A stretch of DNA of 64,000 nt, from the NCBI GenBank assembly GCA_951406725.2, contig OX597815.1:31744001-31808000 (forward strand). The letters are read 5' to 3'. The DNA comes from Octopus vulgaris. Lineage: Eukaryota. The notes beneath the pieces were generated by a model that was not told the DNA's origin, ran no database searches, and saw only the letters and a program-made list of their open reading frames with translations. The position numbers and the translations under genes are program-made. Numbering within the stretch: position 1 is the stretch's first letter; each line of letters begins with the position of its first letter. Positions 1 to 12,303 of the stretch are shown one piece after another.

Positions 1-38
1 ACACAGAATTAAAGAGATGGAATAATTTTGTCCAAAGT

Positions 39-275
39 AAGGCAGCGAGCTAGCAGAAACGCTAGCACGCCGGGCAAAATGCTAAGCAGCATTTTGTCTG
101 CCGTTATGTTCTGAGTTCAAATTTCGCCGAGGTCAACTTTGCCTTTCATCCTTTCGGGGTCAATTAAAATAAGTACCAGTTACGCACTGGGGTCGATATA
201 ATCGACTTAATCCGTTTGTCTGTCCTTGTTTGTCCCCTCTGTGTTTAGCCCCTTGTGGGTAGTAAAGAAATAGGT
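39..275 (+). mobile_element. SINE family A, full length, tail type A1 (...gtttagccccttgtgggtagtaaagaaata)
   Basis: tRNA-like head with B-box-like gagttcaaattt; body gcctttcatcctttcggggtc..aagtaccag; near-identical copies at 23878, 24631, 39071 and 60155; 13-bp TSD attttgtccaaag at 25-37 and 276-288. Confidence 0.9.
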
Positions 276-313
276 ATTTTGTCCAAAGCTTTAATGATTG
301 TGTCGATCCAATA

Positions 314-515
314 ATTTCTTACATCAACAGGCCAGAAATTTTGTGTGTCAGGGGCAACAGTTGATTATATCAACCCCAGTATTTGACTGGTACTTTATTT
401 TAGTAATACCAGGAAGATGAAAGGCAAATCTCACCAGATTTGATCTCAGAATGTAAAGGACTGTAATTAAATACCTCAAGACATTTGGTCCAACACTCTG
501 TCTGTTCTGCCAATC
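314..515 (-). mobile_element. SINE family A, decayed copy
   Basis: Reverse-complement match to the family A body (ccccagt..ctggtacttt..gatgaaaggcaaa..ctcagaatgtaaag..ttctgcca). Confidence 0.75.
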
Positions 516-772
516 CAATAATTAAGTTATAAAAAGTACAATATATGAAATAAATTGGAAAAATAAATAAATAGATAAAGGGGGAAAAATAAACAAAATT
601 TCAAGATAAATTCCAACAAATTGTCATAAATTGGTGCAACTGTTAAATATTCATTGCTAAGAGACGTATGTAGATTTTGGCACTCAGCCAAACTGAAGCC
701 AAACTTTAATTTTATTAGGTAAGCAACTTTAAAGTAAGACGTGAGGAGGACAATGTGTGCTTGCTGGTTTGC

Positions 773-774
<2 letters not shown>

Positions 775-808
<34 letters not shown>

Positions 809-982
809 CATTAGTGTGCATTTCAATGAAAGAGTGTGCATATGTTAGTATGAAGACATGAATGAAAAATCTAGGAAGAAAGAACATACAAATGGAATAC
901 ATATGTATGTATATGTGTGTGTGTGAGTGTATATATATATATACACTATATATATATATATATATATATCACATGTATATAT

Positions 983-1042
<60 letters not shown>

Positions 1043-1826
1043 TTATATATATCATATGTATTATATATGTGTATATATAAATAGATAGATAGATAGATAG
1101 ATAGATATGCACATATAATAAAAACACAAATATAGCAACCAATATATTATTACTATCATGATCAGCATTATTTTCATGATCACTATCATTGTGACCAAAA
1201 CATTAATACTACCACCACCACCACAATTATCATTCTCAACATCAATATTGATATTATTGATTTATCTTATTTTAATTTTTTTTTCTTTTCATTATTATTT
1301 TTTTTTATTTTATACTCCGAGTTAATAGAAATTTCCATTCAGGCAATTTACATAATTGAGACAACATTTCTTCCATAACAATATTCTGTAAAGCTGTCAA
1401 TTTTAAGGAGTTCATTTACATTTTTTTTTTTATTATTTTGTTTCGTTCTTTTGTTGTTTTTTTTTTTATATCCCAAATTTTAGAAGTAACCAAAAACAGG
1501 CTTTTGGAATTACATATCATTATGATTGATCACAAGAATCCTTAAGGTTTCCCCTTACCAAATTATGCTATTACTTACCTGCAAGAATTAGTTTAGTTAG
1601 ATTTAGAGTTCTGGCCGTTTTACTTGTTTTGTTTGGCTTTTACATAAATGCTTATTTAAAATGATACAACGCAAGGTTTATATGTGTGCGAATATGTGTG
1701 CATGCACTTTCCTTGCACATGTACGCATGCATACATATACACTCACACATATACATATGTATATATACATGCACATACACATATATTCAATGTATGTGTG
1801 TATAGTGTATGTATGTAAATACCTCA

Positions 1827-1891
<65 letters not shown>

Positions 1892-1985
1892 AATACTACA
1901 CACACACACACTTATATATGTATGTATACTACATGCACACACATATATATAGATACATATTGATAAATTATACAAACACACACAC

Positions 1986-2038
<53 letters not shown>

Positions 2039-2101
2039 CACACATATACATGCATATATATGTACACATATATAGATATATATGTGTATATTAATATAAG
2101 T

Positions 2102-2148
<47 letters not shown>

Positions 2149-2852
2149 TGTCTGTGTCTGTGTGTGTAAGGCAGCAAATTAACAGAGTTGTTAGAAAGTA
2201 TATAGAATATTTTGTAGCATTCATTTCCAGTTCTTCACAGTCTGTGTTCAAATTCTGTCAAACTCAACTTTGCCTTTCAAACTGCAGCAAAAAGGTAGTT
2301 ATTATTTTAAACCAAATTTATGTATAACAATAGAACATTTACTTATAGGGGACTTAACAGTAAATATTCTGAGGTAGAGAATTAAATGTATTAAAAAATT
2401 CGTTCTGAATGTGTTTCAAATTTTCCCTTATATTTTATTCCATGAAGCAAATTGAAGAAGCTGTCGGGCAAGTCCCAATCAACAGGAACCTTATAATACA
2501 TACATACCTACATACATGCATACATACATACATACATACATACATACATACATACATACATACATACATACATACATACATACATACATACATACATACA
2601 TGTATGCATGCTTGTAAGTATATGTGGTATGTGGCAGGGTCATGCTTGGAATACTAAAGAGTGAAGTAGTTGGTGTAACAGAGGAATGGAATTATCAATA
2701 AAAATAATGAAGAACCAATAGATTTGTAGTATGTGGCTTATGGGAGGAGATACAAATCATGACTGTATAAGTGATGGAAGGTGGGTGAATTTGTAAGTGT
2801 CTGAGTTGTTGTTGATGATGATTATATATATATGTATATATATATGTATGTG

Positions 2853-2887
<35 letters not shown>

Positions 2888-2962
2888 ATATATATTCATT
2901 CCTATATGCAACATAATGAGATAAATACATACATATATATATATCTATATCTATATATATAC

Positions 2963-3022
<60 letters not shown>

Positions 3023-3253
3023 GCATATATACACATATATAATAGTTTTGAAAGTTAGAATCTCACTGTTAAATTACTGTCGATAAAGTAGATTTAAAAA
3101 GAAATTCTGTCTATTGCAAATATTTCAACTTATTGCATTTTTTTTCATTCCTTTATTAATTGTTGTTGTTTATTGTTAATAATAATAATAATAACAACAA
3201 CAACAATAATAATAATAGTAATAATAATAATAATAATGATAATAATAATAATG

Positions 3254-3305
<52 letters not shown>

Positions 3306-3340
3306 CAATAATAATAATAATAATAATAATAATCTTTTTA
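775..3340. repeat. Cluster of simple repeats: (TG)n, (TA)n, (TAGA)n, (CT)n, (CATA)n, (AAT)n, with unique spacers
   Basis: Directly visible; explains the YI/HT/CV/poly-N ORFs. Confidence 0.95.
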
Positions 3341-4129
3341 GTTGGTTATTCTATTCACACATTTTGCACACTAACTTCATTTAGCTTCATTAATATTCTT
3401 CTGTTACTTTTAGAAAAGGTGTTGATATTTATGCCAATATCTTGCTTATATTTTACTTTCTGATTAAAATTGCAATATTCCATAATATTATTCATATCAA
3501 ATATTATTACCATCATCATCCTCACCAACATCATCAACATCATCATCATCATCGTTATTGCTGTCATCATCACCATTATTGTTTTTTTTTATTATCTTAA
3601 TCTTTTCATGTATTTTCTAATTATGTTGGGTTTTTTTTCAAGTATTTCTTTTTAATATTTTATTTATTAATTTCATATTCATTTGTGTCTTAGCTTTTGT
3701 TGATTGTTGACGCTGCTATTGTAATTAGAATCATGAAATTATTATTTCAAAATCTAAGGAGAAAAAAAAATTCACTGAATGTCAAGAGAAACAAATGACT
3801 TGTTGAAGATCTTAGTCATTTGACTAATTAATAATGAACAGTTATTATGGTTGTGGGAATGTCAAAGTGTCTGATTGAACCATTCTGCTCTTTTAAATTT
3901 CATTCCATAAAGTATTGAGATAAAAATCCTTGTTCATGTCAAATCTCCGAGTTTTTTTTTATATTGTATTAATACATAAATACCTTTAGTAACTTGGAAC
4001 TTGATTTTGATGTTTAAAAAATATAATAATAATATTTGTAAGGTGAGAAAATCAAACTCTTAACACTGTATCACTAGAAAATATATATGTACTTTTCTTA
4101 TTTTGATGGTTGATAAATTAAGTACATCC

Positions 4130-4221
4130 CCACCACCATCACCATCATCATCATCATCACCATCACCATCATCACCACCATCGTCATCATCGTCATCGTC
4201 ACCATCACCATCGTCGTCATC

Positions 4222-4253
<32 letters not shown>

Positions 4254-4322
4254 CATCACCATCACCATCGTCATCGTCATCATCACCATCACCATCGTCG
4301 TCGTCATCATCATCATCACCAC

Positions 4323-4353
<31 letters not shown>

Positions 4354-4410
4354 GTTGTCATCACCATCACCGTCATCGTCACCATCATCGTCATCATCAT
4401 CTTCTTCTTC
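4130..4410. repeat. Compound (CAT/CAC/CGT)n trinucleotide repeat
   Basis: Directly visible; yields artefactual poly-S and poly-M ORFs. Confidence 0.95.
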
Positions 4411-4670
4411 ATTGTTTTATGTTTCACCTTTTTTTACTGGCATGTGTTGGATGGATTGCCACAAACTATCCAAGTCAGTACATATTCAGAAATAGTAACT
4501 GCTCACCTAGACGCATCAGAAAAACTACATCTCACTTGTTTGATTTTGGCATTAGTTTTTTATAACACCAATCTGTTGCAAAATTCTTACAATTTGTAGA
4601 CAATTTCTTTATTCCTTCTCCATTTTTTTTATCTTTCTTTATCACTTTAGGTATCACACATACACACATA

Positions 4671-4886
4671 TATTCTTTTCTACTCTAGATACAAGGCCCG
4701 AAATTTTGGGGGAGGGGACGAGTTGATTAGATTAACCCCAGTACACAACTGGTATTTAATTTATCGACCTTGAAAGGATGAAAAGCAAAGTTGACCTTGG
4801 CGGAATTTGAACTCAGAACATAAAGACAGATGAAACACCACTAAGCATTTTGCCCAGCGTGCTAACAATTCTGCCAGCTCACCACC
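4671..4886 (-). mobile_element. SINE family A, full length, tail type A2 (...cccccaaaatttcgggccttgtatctagagtagaaaagaat)
   Basis: Reverse complement matches the family A head and body; tail matches those ending at 16797, 60385 and 63555. Confidence 0.88.
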
Positions 4887-5251
4887 ATATATACGCATAT
4901 ATTCTCTCATCTAAATTCATAGGACAGCATTTTATATATCAAGTTACATGCAGCTCAACAGTCAATACCATTGATAAATAGTTACCATCTTCAATGAGAA
5001 ATTTTCTCAGACTTGAGCCACATGATTCTCATGAATATGAAAATTCTCCACTAGATTCCTGAAAGACATAAGGATGTTTAATGGTCTTACACTGCATAAT
5101 GTTGCATAATTTCTACTTCTTATATCTGGCTTCTACAAATATCCATTAAAGAAATATATTACCTAATAGAACTTTTTACAGATAATAGAATTTCTGGTTA
5201 TTTACGAAATTTGAATTTATCGTCGATTTTGTTTTTGAGATTTCTGTTCTG

Positions 5252-5428
5252 CTGGTGGTGGTGGTGGTGGTGGTTGTTGTTGTTGTTGTGGTGGTGGTGG
5301 TGGTGGTGGTGGTGGTAGTGGTGATGGTGGTGGTGGTGGTGGTAGTGGTGATGGTGGTGGTGGTGGTGGTTTTGATGGTGGTGGTATTGATGGTGGTGGA
5401 GGAGGAGGTCGTCGTTGTCGTCATGATG
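5252..5428. repeat. (GTG/GTT/GAT)n trinucleotide repeat
   Basis: Directly visible. Confidence 0.95.
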
Positions 5429-6726
5429 TTTGTTTTATTTTTAATTTTATATAGTGTTGTTTCTTTTTTTTTCAATTTTATTTATTTGTTTATTTCTAAG
5501 GCAGCATTCACTTCATATTTTAAGTGAAATATTGCCATGAATCTGTAAAATATCATTAACCAACATGCTGCAGTAAATTTGCGTTAAAACAGTTTTACAA
5601 TAAGTCAGTTTTTCAAGGTAACATATCAGTCTAAATTTCTTTCCTTTATTATTTGACTTCTAATTGGAAGTAACAGTATGTATTGATTCATTTGAGTAAG
5701 AGAAAAATCATGTACCATTCCTTTAAAACAGCTAATGCTACTGATTCAACACATATACACACATAGACCTAAGGAGCTGAGTCGAATCTGGTAGAATTCA
5801 ACAAAATTGTTCAATCTTGGTTACAATATTGTGAACCTCCACTATCCATTCTCCTTTTCCTGTTTAGATAGTCATGTATCTTCTCTAAAGTAAGACACAT
5901 GTTCCTGTCCTTCTTCCACACTTTAACCTCTTTACACCTGGTATAAAGCCATATCCCTCAATACTGCACCCTCACTCTGTCTAAGGCCCTTATCATGCAG
6001 GTTACTTGGTGCATTCATAAGTGTTGGTGACATGGAAAAGGTACACAATACACTCTGTAAAGTTGTTGTGGTTAAGAAGGGTATTCAGCCAAAGAAATGT
6101 TGCCAAAGCAAAAATTAGAGACCAATGCATTTCTTAAGCCAGTTGGATCCTGTTGCACTGTTCAACCAATACCAGCATGGAATACTGACATTAATTGATG
6201 ATAATAGTATAATGTTATTATTATTGATTTTTTTTAAATCACTTATTTAAGTTGAAGTGCAGTGCCTATGACCCTTTGAAGGGCCTCCAAGACTGATAAA
6301 AATTATGAAGATATTCTCAAACCAGAGGCCTCAAGTACTTGCACCTAAGTGGGTTCCACTAAAGGCACCCAAGGACCAGGTGGGGATATGCCAAACTCAG
6401 TAACAATTTAAGTCATTCACCCGAGTAAGCTGTAGTACCACAAGGCATCATTTGTGATGTGTTAATTATTCCACTAGTCCTCTGTTCTAGGACTGGTACT
6501 TTGTTAAGCCTGGAAGATGAGAAGGCAAAGTTAACCTTGGTAGAATTCGAACTTAGAAAGCAAGAATTTAAAATAAATACCCCAAGATATTTTGATATTC
6601 TAAAGACTCTGCCACTTGTTCACATTGCTTGTACAGATGTCAAAATAAGCATGAACCATATCAATGCCACCAATCTAGGAGGGTTTGCAAAAGTGAAAGT
6701 CATTGCCAAATCTCTACTGAGTAATT

Positions 6727-6954
6727 CAGTGGTTCTGAACTAGGGTCCAGTATGACCCTTCAGGATCTATATAAGATTTTGTTGTTAAAATTTAGCTGCA
6801 ATAAATTGGTTGTACTTGTACAACACACAAAATATTGAACAACCTTTTTTATACAAATCCTAATGATATTTAATTGTATAAAATACAATATAATTTTTTA
6901 AACATTGAATGGCTATGAGGGTACATCTGAGTAAAATAATTTTGGGAAACAGTA
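6727..6954. mobile_element. Decayed hAT-like non-autonomous DNA transposon (MITE)
   Basis: Begins cagtggttc and ends with a decayed inverted end gggaaacagta; a related 5' part at 10116-10220 shares ctagggtc..atataagatttt. Confidence 0.55.
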
Positions 6955-7724
6955 GACTTATTTATAGAAAAAGAGTCATGCTTCTGTAGTGAGATTGAGA
7001 TTAATCTCCTACAAGCCATATGACTTGATTTGATTTAGTATTATATTAGATTCTTCAAACCCTGGTTCTCAAATGCATTTGCAGTGACCAGTTTAGTTCT
7101 CCATCACAAACGGAACTTCCTTATATAAACATTATATATATGGAGTGAAAGATAAAAGTTGCCTCTGTAAATGTAAGCATTAACTAACCATTGAGTACAA
7201 GGTGATAAATTGATTAAGCCTACTTTTGAATATGAATAAACCAATACACTATATACCTAACCTTCAGGTAAAAAGTTGACCAACAAATTAATTAATTACC
7301 CAATCTTTGATTTGAAGAAATTAACAATAGATTAATTAGACTACTTTGGAGAAGAAGTAATCAAATAGACTAACTACTCTGACATTGCTAATCTGTAGAT
7401 AGACATCAGTTAATAAAATAGTTAATTGTTAGACAGAAGTTGGCCAATACTAGTTAGAATTCAATTGGGTAGAAGTGAACAATAGACTTATTATTTACTG
7501 TATCTTAGGAGTAAACAATAGCCTAGCTACCTTAAGATCATCATCAATGGTACTGTAGTATTCTTTGTAAATTTGTTTACATTCCTATTCATAGTTAGAA
7601 TGGTTTTGTTGTGTTAAATCTAGTTTAGAAAATATTGGTTTGAGAAACTTTTGGCAATGAAAACATGAAAAACATTTGCATGAATCAATGAAGCAACTTA
7701 TTCAGTTATATATATATACATATG

Positions 7725-7918
7725 GAAAAAAAAAAGTCAAGGTAGACAATGCTAAAATAATTTTATAAAAACATTTCAGTACCGGTTTCAGTCATTGAGA
7801 CTTTTTCAACTGAAACTGGTACTGAAATACTTTTTATAAAATTATTTTAGCATTTTGCTTTTTGAGCCAAAAAATTAACTTAACTTAACTTAACTATTTT
7901 CTACCTTGACATTTTTTT
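7725..7918. mobile_element. Foldback element (~65-bp inverted arms), probably a Penelope-like remnant, interrupted by a retroelement 3' stub
   Basis: 7725-7792 is the reverse complement of 7809-7918 once 7857-7895 is removed; hammerhead-like motif at the centre; flanked by TA repeats. Confidence 0.75.
7774..7815 (-). ncRNA. Minimal type I hammerhead ribozyme-like motif with U3-A8 core variant
   Basis: Minus strand reads UUUCAG-UUGAAAA-AGUC-ucaau-GACU-GAAAC-cg-GUA-CUGAAA: stems I and II paired, palindromic stem III ACCGGU, GUA cleavage triplet. Confidence 0.55.
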
Positions 7919-7949
7919 CGATATATATCAACTTGTGTGTTCCTGTTCA

Positions 7950-7991
<42 letters not shown>

Positions 7992-8276
7992 TGTAGATAT
8001 GAAATGTATGTATATGCAGATATGAATGTATATATATGTACATATATGTATGTGTGTGTGTGTATGTATATATATGTGTGTGTGTGTGTGTATGTATATA
8101 TATATGTATGTGTATGTATATATATATATATGTATGTATGTGTGTATATATATATATGTATGTATGTGTGTATATATAAGCTATGGGGTCATGAACAAAC
8201 CAATACCTGTTGTCAAACGGTGATGGGAGAAGACAAATACACACACAATGACACTCACACAGGTATATATATATAG

Positions 8277-8643
8277 GTACAAAAAATTCAGGGTGAATAC
8301 TTGATAACTGTAAGCACCTGTATATGCCAGTTAGTGGTGTAGGTGATAGGGTATATTTATCAAAAGAAAAACAGGATGCAAAGGATTTAGCGGTACATAT
8401 GTTTCTGGCTTTATTGGACAGTTTATATCAATGCATAATTGATGTAACATGTATGTCAATAGCCTTCTTCAGCTGCGCACAATTACCACACCAAAGACAT
8501 GTATTACATTATAGCAGGTTTGAGAAGTTTGGGGAAAATACGGGTTTCGTTAGGGATGCAAATCCTCATAGTCGTATACAGCAGAGCGAGACACCAAAAC
8601 AAAACGTCCATACCGTTTTTCACTCGATATAGAATGAGGAGGT
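8277..8643 (-). mobile_element. Penelope-like repeat fragment nested in the internal microsatellite of a minus-strand SINE B
   Basis: Non-repetitive island bounded by TA repeats; SINE B pieces on both sides (8178-8260, 8703-8797); contains a hammerhead-like motif. Confidence 0.55.
8389..8478 (-). ncRNA. Hammerhead ribozyme-like motif with extended stem II
   Basis: Minus strand reads CUGAAGA-a-GGCUAUUGAC..GUCCAAUAAAGCC-a-GAAAC-auau-GUA; stem III palindrome ACAUAUGU; stem I weak (GCAG/CCGC). Confidence 0.5.
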
Positions 8644-9611
8644 TATATATGTATGTATATGTACATATATATATGTATATGTACATATATATATATATAC
8701 ATGCAGCAGGCTTCTTTCAGTTTCTATGTACCAAATCTACTCACAAGGCTTTGGTTGGCCTGAGGCTATAGTACAAGACACTTGCCCAAGGTGCCATATA
8801 GACACACACATACATGTGTATATACACATATACACACACATATATATATGTATATTGTGATGGTACCTAAGTCAGGAAATCAGAGTGGTATTTGTAAACA
8901 ACAAGTTTGATTAGAGGAAAAAAAAGTCAAAAAGCTTTGTTTTACCTAATGTCAAAAGTACAATGACAGTAATTGGGTTTGAAATTGTAACCTTAAGGTT
9001 AGTAAGTCCACCACCGTAATTATTTAGTCACAATTTAGAACTACAAATGATGATGAGAACTAAAAATGTGAGATGGGATCTTTCTGATATCACTGTGATC
9101 ATTGTAATCATGGTCACCATCCTCATCATCATCCTCATTGCCACTGCCACCACCACAACCACCACCACCATCATCATCATCACTATCATCATCATCATCA
9201 TCATCATCACCACTTCTACTGCCAGTAGCTCCTACCATCCCATTATCATCATCATCAACATCATTATCATCATCAGTGGGATCATCATTGACAGCATCAC
9301 CTCCATCTTGCTGGCATCTGTTTTACCCAAGCTTGTATAGGTTAGAAAAATTTGTTTTACAAAGACATTATAATAGTGACTCAGTGACATAGCAGAAATC
9401 TTAGCATGTGTAAGCAGAGATTTTTACAACTGGAATCCTCTTTTTTTTAATGTCAAACCCAGTAGGGGAACAGAGCAGTGAGTCCCAATAACCTATTGGG
9501 TTCTGGTGTTCCATCTTGAAAACTTTGACTTCATATGTTGTATATAGAACAATAAATTTCCCACATGAAACTGTACCCAGAGAACAAATTGAATTTAACA
9601 CTGTAAACCTT

Positions 9612-10020
9612 AGGAGTGGCTGTGTGGTATGTAGCTTGCTTACCAACCACATGGTTCTGGGTTCAGTCCCACAGTGTGGCACCTTGGGCAAGTGTCTTTT
9701 ACAATAGCCTCGGGCCAACCAAAGCCTTGTGAGTGGATTTGGTAGACGGAAGCTGAAAGAAGCCAATCGGATACATGTATATATATATATGTGTGTGTGT
9801 GTATATGTTTGTGTGTCTGAGTTTGTCCCACCAACATTGCTTGACAACTGATGCAGGTGTGTTTACATCCCTGTAACATAGCAGTTCGGCAAAAGAGACC
9901 GATAGAATAAGTACTAGGCTTACAAAGAATAAGTCCTGGGGTCGATTTGCTTGACTAAAAGGTGGTGCTCCAGCATAGCCATAATCAAATGACTGAAACA
10001 AGTAAAAGAGAGTAAAAGAG
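9612..10020 (+). mobile_element. SINE family B, near full length (tRNA-like head, ccttgggcaagt motif, internal microsatellite, CR1-type tail)
   Basis: tggctgtgtggt A-box-like and gggttcagtccc B-box-like motifs; many homologous copies in the window; tail ggtgctccagcat..gactgaaac followed by (agtaaaagag)2. Confidence 0.9.
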
Positions 10021-10857
10021 TTGTCAAATCATAAGGCTGCAATAATTGCTGTGGTAAGAAGTTGGCTTTGCAATCATGAGATCCCAGGTTCATGCCTACA
10101 GCTTACCGTCTACAGCAGTGGTTTTCAGCTAGGGTCTATATGGTCCCTAAGAGTCCATATAAGATTTTGGGTGGTACATACAACAAAATAATAAATTGGA
10201 GATCCACAATAGTATTCATGACCAAAGGGGGTCTTTACTCTTTATATGTGTTTACTGCTAATGTTGATTTCCATAGGCTTGGAAGCAAGGGATACAAGGG
10301 ATGCAAGCATACCTCCCCACCAAAAATTTTGGGTGTTGGGCAAGGAAAACATTTTGAGCATCCTAGGTTGGGCCCTAAGCAAATTCCATTTGTGCACTTA
10401 TGTTGATTCCATTCTTTTACTCAAAGCAAATAAATCTCTTACTGTTTATTGTTTGTGTTTCTGCTACACATTTTCTCTTTTGGTATGGTCACCAAAGTCT
10501 TGGCGCCCTTGTGGCCAACAAGTAAAACTCTCATCATCGTCATCATCATCCTCATCATCACCATCATCGTCATTGTCGTCGTCATCATCGTCATCATCAT
10601 TGGCATCATCATCACTTTTACCATTATTATCATCATCATTGTAGGTATAACTATTATTAATTTTGTACTATTTTTCAGGGCATTTTTAGAATTATTCTTT
10701 CTTTTCTATTCCAATTGCATGACTTTGAAAGAGTAGTTACATATGTTTCAGTGTGATTCCACAGTTTGGACACAGAATCAATTGTCTAACTGTAATACTC
10801 TGGTTTTATCACAATAGTCTGTAATTAGAATTCTTCATATTGTCATGGGAAAAGCCT

Positions 10858-10922
10858 CTCTCTCTCTCTTTCTTTCTTTATATATATGCATGTGTGTGTG
10901 TATGTGTGAGTGTGTGTGCATG

Positions 10923-10967
<45 letters not shown>

Positions 10968-11400
10968 ATATATAAATGGATATATATTTATATATGTATG
11001 TATATATATATGTATATATATATATAGATATACATATATATGTATATATATATATATGTATATTGTGTATATATATATATATTGATATACATATATATAT
11101 ATATATATATATGTGTATATGTATATATATGTATGTATATCTCTATATGTATATCATGTATATATATGTATAGATATACATATATAAATGTATATATATA
11201 TGTGTATATGGATATATATATATATGTATATATATGGATGTATATATATATGGATATTTGTGTATATATATTTATATATATATCGTATATATGTATATAT
11301 ATATATATATATCCATATATATATGTATATATATGGACGGACACACACATTCACACACACACATACACAAGTGTACTTGCATACATGTCTATATACATAC
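10858..11400. repeat. Compound (TG)n/(TA)n/(TATG)n microsatellite
   Basis: Directly visible. Confidence 0.95.
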
Positions 11401-12091
11401 AAAGGTGGAAATGAAATTTACGCGAACTGGTGAGCGGAAGAATTGCGATGATGTTTTGTATTTCTTTTTCTTCGTCTTTCTTTTTTGGCTTTTCTCTTAT
11501 GTTTTTGTTTTCTTGTATCTTGGAGACAGTACCATTTATTTATATATTCATTTATTCATTTCATTTTCTTCCATCTCTTCTTTTTTGTCTTGCAACTGTA
11601 TTATTGTTAGTCTTCTATATAGATATAAATATATACACTCAGATAAAGTATTAGGTAGCTTGGTATAGATGCATTTATCTATATCTACCTAGCAGTTACT
11701 AGCTGCCTAGTTAAGTAGATAGATAAATAGATAAAGATAGACAGATAGAAAGAGAAAGAGAGAGAAATATATATATATATATATAAATGGATAGACGGAG
11801 ATATGGACAGACAGACAGAAAGAATGATAGGTAATTCAGTAAGATGTAAAAAGGATGCATGTATAAGTTAGTTGAAATCAATTGGTAGATATTTATAAAA
11901 AGATTAGATGAATTGCAGATAGCTGTTTAGAAGACAGGTGCTTAAACAGGTTGGAAAATATGTAGATGGAGTATTCACGGAAGCAGATACACACACACAC
12001 ACATAATATATATCTCTGTACATGTATATGAATGTATATACATCTATATATATGGATATATGTATGTATGTATTTATCTCTGTGTGTGTCA

Positions 12092-12139
<48 letters not shown>

Positions 12140-12142
12140 ACA

Positions 12143-12264
12143 TAAATGTGAAACAAGGTGGAAAAAGAGTACTCAAATACCAGTGGTAGAGTAATATGCT
12201 TTATTTAAAGCAGCAGAAAATTCAACAAAAAGGTTTTGTTGAATTTTCTGCTGCTTTAAATAAA

Positions 12265-12270
<6 letters not shown>
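12143..12270. repeat. Repeat island between (TA)n tracts ending in a perfect 32-bp-arm palindrome
   Basis: 12199-12230 is the exact reverse complement of 12234-12265 (loop agg). Confidence 0.85.

Positions 12271-12303
<33 letters not shown>

Noticed and set aside
703-726. Plus-strand ttttattag|gtaagc, resembling an acceptor-donor junction
   Set aside because: A-rich tract, weaker donor and opposite strand to the better candidate at 1573; expected by chance in AT-rich DNA.
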